A model generated the notes under the pieces. It was not told the origin of the DNA and searched no databases. It worked only from the letters and a program-made list of their open reading frames with translations. Of a stretch of DNA of 64,000 nucleotides, positions 19,335 to 27,903 are shown one piece after another; the stretch's first letter is position 1, and each line of letters starts with the position of its first letter. Source of the DNA: an uncultured Gammaproteobacteria bacterium (lineage in GTDB: Bacteria; Patescibacteriota; Microgenomatia; UBA8517); the NCBI GenBank assembly GCA_964645605.1, contig CAZYCE010000002.1:67256-131255 (forward strand), written 5' to 3'. Made by a program: the position numbers and the translations under genes.

Positions 19335-19396
19335 AATGGTTACCACCATTTCTCACCATTAATAACCATTTAATATCATTTTCACAGATATGTCAA
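19335..19396 (-). promoter_or_regulatory. dcw promoter with putative MraZ-binding direct repeats
   Basis: TTGACA at 19396-19391, followed on the minus strand by four 10-bp-phased units aatgatatta/aatggttatt/aatggtgaga/aatggtggta (19380-19341). Confidence 0.7.
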
Positions 19397-19439
19397 TAGG
19401 TTTTCACTATTTTCACTGAGTTTTCGTGAAGGAAGTAAA

Positions 19440-20120
19440 TTACTCGGAAGCAATCGTGCCTGAGTGTGGTTTGCCGTCAGAGGCAAACACTCCGTAGCCA
19501 TCCTGCCATATGACCGTCGGTACTGTAGGCTCAAGATAAGTCTTCATTGTTATAAAATAGACTCCTTTGGCGACCTTATCCAGCGTATATTTAAAAATAC
19601 CATCAACTGAAGTCAGCTCAGTTACTCCAGTTTGCAGATGAAAATCGGTAGATAGTTTGCCCAGCATTTTACCATTCGCATCCCTAAAGGTAACTGTGAC
19701 GATTCCTTGTTCAACTCCGGCATCATAACGGAATTTTCCCGATGATTCAGAGCCCATAAGAAGTTGTTTTTCTATATCGGACCCTGTCAGTTTTACAGTA
19801 CCCGGAACTCCCTGCTGACCCCCATCGCTCGTGTTGTAAACCAGAAGATAATCCATCGAGGCAGCACCGGGAACATTAATTTTTTCAACCCTAAAATCCA
19901 ACCAGTGGCCCATCGATCCCGTAACCCCCGGGTTGTCGGTTGGAGTAAGAGAAATGGCCGGCCATTGGCTCTCACTAAGGACAGGCACGTTTGAGGCCTC
20001 TTCTGACTCGCTGTCTTGAGTATTTCCCCCTTTTCCTTTTAGGACAATAAATCCAATAATCAGGACTGCAACAACCAGAACCCCTACAATAATTGGCATT
20101 AATTTCTTAAATTTCTTCAT
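19440..20120 (-). CDS. Hypothetical membrane-anchored extracytoplasmic protein
   Basis: KK-rich N-terminus, one TM and a beta-rich soluble domain. Confidence 0.75.
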   Translation of the reverse strand: MKKFKKLMPIIVGVLVVAVLIIGFIVLKGKGGNTQDSESEEASNVPVLSESQWPAISLTPTDNPGVTGSMGHWLDFRVEKINVPGAASMDYLLVYNTSDGGQQGVPGTVKLTGSDIEKQLLMGSESSGKFRYDAGVEQGIVTVTFRDANGKMLGKLSTDFHLQTGVTELTSVDGIFKYTLDKVAKGVYFITMKTYLEPTVPTVIWQDGYGVFASDGKPHSGTIASE

Positions 20121-20188
20121 AATGCTTGCGTTATATCCGGCTAGCCAACTTCAAACTTGTTTATAAAAATAACAGCCAGAATTCGATA

Positions 20189-21469
20189 CTACAGTTTATT
20201 TTGAAAATATTCCGTCAATTTGTCAATGGCAACCCTTTCCTGCTCTGCGCTATCCCTGTCCCGAACCGTAACACTGCCGTCTTCCAGGCTTTGGAAATCA
20301 ACGGTAACACACCAGGGAGTGCCTATTTCATCTTGAGCAAAGTAACGCTTTCCGATATTTCCCCTATCGTCCCAGGCAACATTTAGGCTTTTTTTGAGAT
20401 CTTTGTAAACTTCCCGGGCTTTTTCGACTAGGTCCGGCTTATTGGCCAAAAGAGGAAAGACGGCAACTTTATATGGCGCAAGCTTAGGGTGAAGTTTAAG
20501 GTAAATCCTGTCCCCGTCCTCGGAATAGGAGTCAATCAGGAAGAAAAGCATGGCGCGGTCTACTCCGCCTGAGGCCTCAATTACCCAAGGAGTATATTCT
20601 TCACCCGTCAAATTATCTTTGTATGTCAGGCCGTGGTTTTTAAGGTCAAAATCTCCCCTGTGATGAATTCCCTCAAACTCGCTCCATCCGAAGGGAGCCT
20701 CATATTCAAGATCTGTGGCATAGCGAGCATAATGTGCAAGCTTGTCGGGTTCATGATCGTGGAACCTTAGCTTCTCCGGCCGTATCCCCAGATTTTCATA
20801 CCACTTTCTTCGCGCTTCCTTCCAAAATTCAAAGGCTTCCTTGCTTTCGGCTTCGTCGGGTTTTACAAAATATTCAAGTTCCATCTGTTCAAACTCGCGC
20901 GAACGGAAAGTAAGATTTCCGGGTGTAATTTCATTCCTGAAAGCCTTGCCTATTTGAGCAATTCCGAAGGGAATTTTAATACGTGTTGAATCAACAACGT
21001 TTTCAAAATTAACAAATGCGCCCTGCGTTATCTCACCCCTAAGATAAGATTTTTCCTTGGGTTCGGTTGTTCCCAGAAGCACTTCCGTCATAAGGTTGAA
21101 TGTTTTGGGCTCGGTCCAGATATCCTTCTTATCCCCGTGGGTTTTTACGTGTCCGCGAAGGTCGTCTTCATTATCAGCCCTAAATCTTTTGTGACAAATT
21201 TTACATTCAACAAGAGGATCGGAAAACGCCTTAAGATGGCCCGACTTTTCCCAAACCGACGGATTCATTATTACCGCGGCATCCATTCCGACAATATTTT
21301 CGCTTTCATAAACCATATATTTCCACCATTCTTTTTTGATGTTATTTTTCATCTCGACTCCGGCCGGGCCATAATCCCAAAAACCCTGATATCCCCCGTA
21401 AATTTCACTACCCTGGAAGATAAATCCGCGCCTTTTGGCAAGAGAAGTCACTTTGTCCATTAAGTCCAT
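20189..21469 (-). CDS. glyQS: Glycine--tRNA ligase, alpha2 type
   Basis: KRRGFIF, DYGP, GIAQIGKAFRNEITP, FRSREFEQME, RYFAQDEIGTP and anticodon-binding domain. Confidence 0.96.
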   Translation of the reverse strand: MDLMDKVTSLAKRRGFIFQGSEIYGGYQGFWDYGPAGVEMKNNIKKEWWKYMVYESENIVGMDAAVIMNPSVWEKSGHLKAFSDPLVECKICHKRFRADNEDDLRGHVKTHGDKKDIWTEPKTFNLMTEVLLGTTEPKEKSYLRGEITQGAFVNFENVVDSTRIKIPFGIAQIGKAFRNEITPGNLTFRSREFEQMELEYFVKPDEAESKEAFEFWKEARRKWYENLGIRPEKLRFHDHEPDKLAHYARYATDLEYEAPFGWSEFEGIHHRGDFDLKNHGLTYKDNLTGEEYTPWVIEASGGVDRAMLFFLIDSYSEDGDRIYLKLHPKLAPYKVAVFPLLANKPDLVEKAREVYKDLKKSLNVAWDDRGNIGKRYFAQDEIGTPWCVTVDFQSLEDGSVTVRDRDSAEQERVAIDKLTEYFQNKL

Positions 21470-21569
21470 GACAACATTATATGATAAACATACTCAAAAA
21501 GGTACCTCTTACGCCCTTACCCGGTTTGCCCTAACGCGGAAATGCAATATATATTAAAATGACAGGGTA

Positions 21570-22619
21570 ATGAAGTTTAAATTCACAAAAAGAAATATTT
21601 TAATCACGGCCGCCTTCCTGATAATCTTCAGTGCAGGCTTCATTGGAGCGTATTTCGGCCTCAAACTTTCAAAAATATTTGTTAAAAACTTTCCTCCGCC
21701 TGCACCCGTCGCAACAGCGGCTCAGGATGGGGTGATTTTCGGTTCCGCACCGGAAACACCAAGCGAAAAAGGAATCTACAATACCGTACTTTTAGGCTAT
21801 GGAGGGGCAGGACATGATGGCGCATACCTCACAGACAGTATTATTGTGGTCCATATCAATACCAACAACAAAACCGCGGCTCTGATCTCCATCCCGAGAG
21901 ATTTGTGGGTTTCCGGCGGACACAAGATAAATGCAGACGCCTCAATTAACGGTTTCCAGAATGTAGGCGGGGTTATTAAAGATGTAACAGGACTCACTAC
22001 CGAATATTTTGCCGCGGTTGATTTTTCGGGGTTTCCCAAGCTGATAGACAATCTCGGAGGGATCACCGTTGATGTTCCTAAAACTTTCGACGATTATTTT
22101 TATCCTATTGCAGGAATGGAAAATAATACTTGCGGCAAAACAGAGGCTGAAATTGCGGCTCTGAAAACGCAATATTCAAATTCCCTGCTTGAAATGCAGT
22201 TTACCTGCAGATATGAGCACCTTCATTTTGACAAGGGACCGACGAATCTTGACGGTGCCACTGCTCTCAAATTTGTCAGATCCCGTCACGGCGATAGCGA
22301 CTTCGGTAGGAGCGAGCGCCAATTTGCAGTTCTTAAGGGAGTTTTGGCAAAACTGGTTAGTCTCCACGCATTTGACAAAACAAGCCAAACGATTGACAGT
22401 CTTGTTGCCATTACAAGAACAAACTTGAACGCTTCACTAATTAAAAGCCTTTTCGAGGTCGTGGGAGATACGGGACAATATAGGATAAACGAAATCCACC
22501 TGACCACGGAAAACCTTTTGAACGAAGGAAAATCGGCAGACGGAGCCTATATACTCTTACCCAAAGCGGGAATGCTTAACTTCACGGATATTAAAAATTA
22601 CATCTCTCAAAACATCTAG
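21570..22619 (+). CDS. LytR-CpsA-Psr (LCP) family glycopolymer transferase
   Basis: N-terminal TM, LTDSII, SIPRDLWV, KIN, VDFSGF, FVRSRH and DFGRSERQ motifs. Confidence 0.92.
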   Translation: MKFKFTKRNILITAAFLIIFSAGFIGAYFGLKLSKIFVKNFPPPAPVATAAQDGVIFGSAPETPSEKGIYNTVLLGYGGAGHDGAYLTDSIIVVHINTNNKTAALISIPRDLWVSGGHKINADASINGFQNVGGVIKDVTGLTTEYFAAVDFSGFPKLIDNLGGITVDVPKTFDDYFYPIAGMENNTCGKTEAEIAALKTQYSNSLLEMQFTCRYEHLHFDKGPTNLDGATALKFVRSRHGDSDFGRSERQFAVLKGVLAKLVSLHAFDKTSQTIDSLVAITRTNLNASLIKSLFEVVGDTGQYRINEIHLTTENLLNEGKSADGAYILLPKAGMLNFTDIKNYISQNI

Positions 22620-23446
22620 TCAGAGAACATATAAACGTCCTGTCTCGTATCACTCACCCCGACAAATTCTCCTTCTCCTTTAAGAATCCGTTCATAAGGA
22701 CGGCAGGAGTGGCAGCCACCCTTTAGACACTTGAAGTGATTGATTTTGCGGGCAAGCTGTATTCTTTTGGCTATTTTATAAACTTTTTCGTAAGATTCCT
22801 GTTCCGTCGGCAAATGTTTACTCACGATCCCGTCATCGCGGTCCAGGTACCAATACGAAGCCCCCGTCACCTTTTTTGATTGGGTATGAGTTGCCACCAA
22901 TAAATATATAGGAAGCTGAAGAGAACCTTCTTTTTCCTCATTTTTTCCGGTTTTGAAATCAATTATCTCAACAGAGTCATTTTTTTCGTTATATTTAAGC
23001 CAGTCAATTTTTCCTGCAAGAATTATTTCGTCTTCCTCGTTTAGCCAATAGTGAGGCAGGTTCATTTTTGATCTGATTTTTATTGCTTTTTCCACTATCG
23101 GTCCGGGATTTTCCTGCAAATTTATAAGCATCTGGACAGCTCTTTCTTTGTACTGCATTTCTTCATCATGATTTTTAAAACCACCTCTTTTGCCCGTAAC
23201 TTTCAACCAAACAGGATCCAATTTTTTAACAAGGGAGATTTTAAGTCTTTCTTCAGCCGGTAAAACCGCCAAAGATTCAATAACTTCATGTACAGCCTGG
23301 CCCAAGGCCATAGGGGGTGTAACTATTGTCATCTTGCGCCCGGTTTTTGGGTTTTTGTAAACGTTCCGTAAGTAGTAGGACCTCGGGCATTTTAAAAAAT
23401 CTGATATCGAAGAATGCGAAACCCAAGTGGCGGAATATTCGTCCAT
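22616..23446 (-). CDS. PD-(D/E)XK nuclease (Cas4/AddB-like, standalone)
   Basis: SHSSISDFLKCP, GQAVHEVIE, GKIDWL, IIDFKTG, QLPIY and C-terminal CxxxxCxxC. Likely start 23446 (TGATG overlap with the upstream gene). Confidence 0.85.
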   Translation of the reverse strand: MDEYSATWVSHSSISDFLKCPRSYYLRNVYKNPKTGRKMTIVTPPMALGQAVHEVIESLAVLPAEERLKISLVKKLDPVWLKVTGKRGGFKNHDEEMQYKERAVQMLINLQENPGPIVEKAIKIRSKMNLPHYWLNEEDEIILAGKIDWLKYNEKNDSVEIIDFKTGKNEEKEGSLQLPIYLLVATHTQSKKVTGASYWYLDRDDGIVSKHLPTEQESYEKVYKIAKRIQLARKINHFKCLKGGCHSCRPYERILKGEGEFVGVSDTRQDVYMFSD

Positions 23447-23913
23447 CAGCGCGTAATTAAGTCTCCGGAGCCGGATGCCAAACATTGAGAAATCATGCTG
23501 GTTGGAAATTCCGGAAAAGGAGAAACACTATCACAATCAATTATTCCGTTGCCGTCCCAAACCAATGTCCACGTTCCGTTTAATTTTGCCGCAAACCAGA
23601 TTCCTCCATCGCCCGTCTCACCTGCCGTCCCTCTGGCATATTCACCTTGAATCTCAGAAACCGTGATGGTCATTCCGGAGGCTTGTTGTCCGTGTTCCGC
23701 AATCAGTCCTTTTCTCACTGCCTCAATGAGCGCGTCACTTTCCTCCAGGGAGAGTGGTATAACGGTGGCAAGTGGATTTGCAATGGTTGAGCTTTCGGTG
23801 GAAACTACCGAAACACCCTCGGGTTTCGCAAATTTAGGAAAGCCTTTATAGTAAACAGTCGCGCCCAAGAAAACAATAACGGCTGTGACAAGAACGGTGG
23901 CTACGTACTTCAT
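23446..23913 (-). CDS. Hypothetical exported/membrane-anchored protein
   Basis: Signal/TM N-terminus; C-terminal WTLVWDGNG..C..C domain. Confidence 0.75.
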   Translation of the reverse strand: MKYVATVLVTAVIVFLGATVYYKGFPKFAKPEGVSVVSTESSTIANPLATVIPLSLEESDALIEAVRKGLIAEHGQQASGMTITVSEIQGEYARGTAGETGDGGIWFAAKLNGTWTLVWDGNGIIDCDSVSPFPEFPTSMISQCLASGSGDLITR

Positions 23914-23915
23914 TT

Positions 23916-24707
23916 CTATTTATTTTTAGCAGGTTTTTTAAGGAAAAACAATACAACGCCCAGCATACTCAATATGACCCCTGCAATGATCCAAATCTCA
24001 GCAATTTCCCCCAGTATTGGAGGAGCAATAACGGCGGCAAGGGATGTGCCAACATTGGTACTTTCCACAAAGTTATTTGTCAAAAAACGGTTTTCGTAAT
24101 CAATCACAAAAAACAATCCCGTAATAAGAAGTCCCGACAGGATAAATGTTGTCCCCACTCCACCCAAATGTTTACCGGGAGTAATCAATAAATATTTTAG
24201 GCACAAAATCAAAGCCGAAAGAAAGATGGTCAAACCGAAAAGCAACCAGCTCCATAATCCAAACCGGGATACAATTTCCACATCTTCCTGGTTTATTCCC
24301 GAAATATTATATTCCCGTAGAAAATCAAAAAAGTTGGTTTTTACTAAAGAACTACCCATCCCATTTAACTGTAAAGGGGGAACAAATACTTCAAGCTGGG
24401 GGATCTTGCCGTTGGCATAGACTAAAACACTTTGAATATTTTTTTCCAAAAAATCTTTAACATTTAGCGGAGATATTATGTTTGTCAAAATGCTTACGTC
24501 TCTTTCGGTTCCACCTTCGGCCACAACCCTAGATTCAAGTCTGCCGGCTATGACGGTTGAAATTTTAGAATATACCCCGCCTTTTTCCAAAGTGGTTGTC
24601 CAAAACTCGGGAGACAAAAGCTGAAACCTGATATTGATTGACAATACTAATAAAACTAAAATGGGAACTGCAATTACAGTTAAAAGAAATTTGGCTATAA
24701 ATTTCAT
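23916..24707 (-). CDS. Hypothetical membrane protein
   Basis: About 4 hydrophobic segments. Confidence 0.75.
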   Translation of the reverse strand: MKFIAKFLLTVIAVPILVLLVLSINIRFQLLSPEFWTTTLEKGGVYSKISTVIAGRLESRVVAEGGTERDVSILTNIISPLNVKDFLEKNIQSVLVYANGKIPQLEVFVPPLQLNGMGSSLVKTNFFDFLREYNISGINQEDVEIVSRFGLWSWLLFGLTIFLSALILCLKYLLITPGKHLGGVGTTFILSGLLITGLFFVIDYENRFLTNNFVESTNVGTSLAAVIAPPILGEIAEIWIIAGVILSMLGVVLFFLKKPAKNK

Positions 24708-24753
24708 ACGTATTTAGTATACAATGAATGTGCTAAAGAGGAGGTGATAAAAA

Positions 24754-25137
24754 ATGGCAGGATATAAAGGAGATCTGGAAAAAGACACGCTCGCAAACAC
24801 GTTTTTTAGAAATGTTATCTACACAGCTCCCCATTCTCAGTTGGTTTTGATGAGTCTCAAACCGGGTGAGGAAATAGGCATGGAGGTCCATCCTGATAAT
24901 GATCAATTTTTAAGATTTGAGGAGGGTGATTGGATGGCAGAGATTTCAGGAGAAAAGTTTACGGGAGGATCTGGTGAATGTGTAATCGTACCGGCAGGTA
25001 ACTACCACAATATCGTTAACACATCTCAAGAGAAAGAACTTAAGCTTTACACAATCTATTCACCGGCTCACCACCCTGAAGGAACTATTCACAAAACCAA
25101 AGAGGATGCGATGCATGCTGAAGCAGAAGAAAAGTAA
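24754..25137 (+). CDS. Cupin-domain protein
   Basis: EIGMEVHPDNDQF..F and VPAGNYHNIVN cupin motifs; GAGGAGGTGA Shine-Dalgarno upstream. Confidence 0.9.
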   Translation: MAGYKGDLEKDTLANTFFRNVIYTAPHSQLVLMSLKPGEEIGMEVHPDNDQFLRFEEGDWMAEISGEKFTGGSGECVIVPAGNYHNIVNTSQEKELKLYTIYSPAHHPEGTIHKTKEDAMHAEAEEK

Positions 25138-25144
25138 ATTGCTA

Positions 25145-25756
25145 TCAAAATAAGCTTTCCTGATTTTCAGAGGGTTGTCTTTGTGGATAAGAGAAATCAA
25201 GAGTTATTCTGCGGGTTTCGTTCCAAAAGTCTTTGTATTCCAGGTATCCGTTTTTCAGTACGAAATCGTATAGGTTTTTCGTAATCGTCACGTCCATTTC
25301 GCAATACTTTTTAAGTTTTGCCAAGCTTTCGGAAGATCCCTCGGCCCAATATTTAATGGCATTTACTCCGCTGTCATTTTTGGTTGACCCCAATGTCGCT
25401 TTGGCCAAAGCGTCAAGGGACATTCTTTTGCCCTCAACCTTTTTAATCTCGGAAAGGATATCAAAATGCCTTAGCCTTGGCCAGTGTTTTGGCAAATACG
25501 GCGAAAGTGCGGGAACGTCAAAGCCGATTGAGTTAAATCCGATTATCCTGTCGGCTTTTTCAAAAAGCTTAAACATTTCCGTGAAATCTTTTTCCCAAAA
25601 ACTTTTCATTTCACCCTGAAGCTCATGAAAGGAATTGTCCAAGGTTCGTGAGTACACGGAGCAAATTGAAACGCCCAGTTTTGCAGGATCGTTTCCGGGT
25701 ACTTCGTCAAAAAATCTTTTGGTTTCAGTGTCGAAAATTACTTCAAAAAACTCCAT
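25145..25756 (-). CDS. RNase H-like (YprB/DEDD-type) exonuclease domain protein
   Basis: FDTET, IGFNSIGFD, SLDALA and YCEMDV motifs. Confidence 0.85.
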   Translation of the reverse strand: MEFFEVIFDTETKRFFDEVPGNDPAKLGVSICSVYSRTLDNSFHELQGEMKSFWEKDFTEMFKLFEKADRIIGFNSIGFDVPALSPYLPKHWPRLRHFDILSEIKKVEGKRMSLDALAKATLGSTKNDSGVNAIKYWAEGSSESLAKLKKYCEMDVTITKNLYDFVLKNGYLEYKDFWNETRRITLDFSYPQRQPSENQESLF

Positions 25757-25810
25757 AGACAAATTTCATTCTACTCCTAATCTGAAGCTGTTGTTAATAA
25801 GCGTGGAAGA

Positions 25811-26581
25811 TTATTTTCTTCTGAATATAAAACTGAAACCAAAACAAGCAATTGCTACCAGTACCACTATCGGTCCCGACGGGGTGGCAAAATATTTAGC
25901 TATCAAAATCCCAATTGTCGTGGATACTGCACCCAGGGCAATAGCTATGGCCTGAAATTCCTTTATGCTTTTAGAGACATTTTTTGCGGCAACTGCCGGA
26001 ATGATTACCATTGCTCCCGTAAGCAGAGTTCCTAAAAACTTCACACCAAGAGCAACAACAAGTCCTACCAAAAGCAGATAGACCAAATTGACCCTGTCGG
26101 TTTTTATTCCCTGAGATTTTGCCAAATCTTCAGAAACTACACTCAAAAGAAGCTTTTTCGAAATGAGTTTCGTGGCAACAAAAATAACGGCAACACCCGC
26201 AATAACCATCAATCCGTCAAGTGATGTAATTTTATCAATATCCCCAAAAAGAGCCTCCAAAAGTTCCGGTTCCGGAGTTAAAAGAAGTCCCAAAGAAAGT
26301 GCCCCGGTAAAAAATACTCCGACCAGCGCATCCGGATAAACTTCGGTTTTTTTCTCCAAATACCAAATGCCGATTATTGCAACTGCAAGAGCAGTTAATG
26401 CACCAAGCATGGGGTTAATTCCGAAAGAAAGGGCAACCGCAATTCCCGGGAGGGCAACGTGTGAAAGAGCATCTCCAACCAAAGACATTCTTTTCAAAAC
26501 CATAAAGCCCCCAAGGTACCCTGACGCAGCCCCGACAAGAGCCCCGATTGTGATCAAAAAAAATATATTGTCGGTATTCAT
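25811..26581 (-). CDS. znuB: Zn/Mn ABC transporter permease
   Basis: KRMSLVGDALSHVALPG, LFGDI and PSGP motifs; likely start ATG 26581. Confidence 0.9.
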   Translation of the reverse strand: MNTDNIFFLITIGALVGAASGYLGGFMVLKRMSLVGDALSHVALPGIAVALSFGINPMLGALTALAVAIIGIWYLEKKTEVYPDALVGVFFTGALSLGLLLTPEPELLEALFGDIDKITSLDGLMVIAGVAVIFVATKLISKKLLLSVVSEDLAKSQGIKTDRVNLVYLLLVGLVVALGVKFLGTLLTGAMVIIPAVAAKNVSKSIKEFQAIAIALGAVSTTIGILIAKYFATPSGPIVVLVAIACFGFSFIFRRK

Positions 26582-26582
26582 A

Positions 26583-27311
26583 TTAGTGATGTCCTCCCAG
26601 GTGCTGATGCAGGGAAATATCTTCCCCGTAAAGCTTTTCCAAATTTTCTTTATTAACAACTTCCAGCGGAGGCCCGAAACTTATCTGTTCTTTATTCAGA
26701 CAAAGAACATTGTCGGCATGCTGATAAACTACTTGAAGCTCGTGAGAAATAAAAATAATTGTCAGGTCCTCGTCTTTTTTAAGTTTGTTAATGAGAGAAT
26801 AGACAGTTTCCTCGCCCGCCACGTCAACACCGGCAGTCGGCTCATCGAAAAGAAGAACGTTTGGATCCCCGAGGAGGGCATAGGCAATCATCACCCTTTG
26901 CAATTCACCCCCGGAAAGAACACCCATCGGGGTTTTCAAAACCCTGATATCATTGTGAAGGTGTTTAGCTTCTTCCAAAAAACCCACACATCTCATGGCC
27001 TTAATTATTTTTTCCCTATCTTTTTCTTTAAAATGCATAAACTCTTCGACAGTAAGCGGAAGGTCTTTGCCGATAGCAAGTTTTTGCGGAACGTAGCCTA
27101 TTCGTACATCTTTAGCCCAGGAAACGTCACCGGAATAGGGTATAAGACCCAGGATCGATCTGAAAAGCACCGATTTTCCGGCACCATTTGGGCCGATTAT
27201 TGCAAGCGTTGAGTCCCTTTTAACATCGAAGCTGATATTTTTGATTATTGTATGACCGTCAAATTCAACCGTTAGATTTAAAACTTTTAAAATCGGTTCC
27301 ATCATATTCAT
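26583..27311 (-). CDS. znuC: Zn/Mn ABC transporter ATP-binding protein
   Basis: GPNGAGKS, GYVPQ, LSGGELQR, DEPTAGVD, ISH and a His-rich tail. Confidence 0.9.
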   Translation of the reverse strand: MNMMEPILKVLNLTVEFDGHTIIKNISFDVKRDSTLAIIGPNGAGKSVLFRSILGLIPYSGDVSWAKDVRIGYVPQKLAIGKDLPLTVEEFMHFKEKDREKIIKAMRCVGFLEEAKHLHNDIRVLKTPMGVLSGGELQRVMIAYALLGDPNVLLFDEPTAGVDVAGEETVYSLINKLKKDEDLTIIFISHELQVVYQHADNVLCLNKEQISFGPPLEVVNKENLEKLYGEDISLHQHLGGHH

Positions 27312-27853
27312 TCTAACATCCTTTTACCCACCCTGATGCTGGTAATTTGCCGCTCCATTACCTCTTCCAATTTCTCATCCGGAAATGACAGCTCTTTATC
27401 TTTCGGCCAAAAACCCAGAATTTTCAAAAGATCCGCAACAAACCTAATCCTTAATTCTTTCAGTTTTTTGCTGGTTTTTAGCTCTTCCATGGAATTTGTA
27501 AGAAGTTCGTATACCTCAGCCGATCCGCTGCCCTCACGGGCAATTTTTGCAGTTACTTCCATAAAATAATAAGCAAGCGATACCTTATTCATTGATTTGC
27601 GGATCCTGCCATAACTGTCAATTGTATCGGCCTCCGTCATTATCCCAATCCCCGACCCGTCTGTCGCCTGAAAGTTAATCTTACTGAAAATTTCCAGGTG
27701 TCCTCTTTTACGGCTTCCCGGGCGTCTTACCCCTTTAGCAATCAGGGAAATTTTGCCTTTATCTTTGGAAAATATATCGATAATCCTATCCGCCTCGCCA
27801 AAATTCCTACGTGCCAAAATAAAACCTTCTGAAGTAAATGAATGAGGGATCAT
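27308..27853 (-). CDS. recO: DNA repair protein RecO (short form)
   Basis: EGFIL, FGEADRII, GKISLIAKGVRR and HLE motifs. Confidence 0.9.
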   Translation of the reverse strand: MIPHSFTSEGFILARRNFGEADRIIDIFSKDKGKISLIAKGVRRPGSRKRGHLEIFSKINFQATDGSGIGIMTEADTIDSYGRIRKSMNKVSLAYYFMEVTAKIAREGSGSAEVYELLTNSMEELKTSKKLKELRIRFVADLLKILGFWPKDKELSFPDEKLEEVMERQITSIRVGKRMLE

Positions 27854-27861
27854 GGAAGCAT

Positions 27862-27903
27862 TCTACAATCTTTAGTCCATTATCTACAATCTATAATTCA
27901 ATT
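27862..27903. repeat. 7-bp tandem array between the DUF4012 gene and recO
   Basis: tctacaa-tctttag-tccatta-tctacaa-tctataa-ttcaatt; the recO -10 (TAGAAT) lies at its edge. Confidence 0.45.

Noticed and set aside
22616-23446. Cas4-like gene as evidence of a CRISPR-Cas system
   Set aside because: No cas1/cas2 and no repeat-spacer array seen in the window
26367-27212. 281-aa plus-strand ORF, and similar ones at 4842, 8375, 41028 and 53681
   Set aside because: Antisense shadows of well-supported minus-strand genes, with no recognisable motifs
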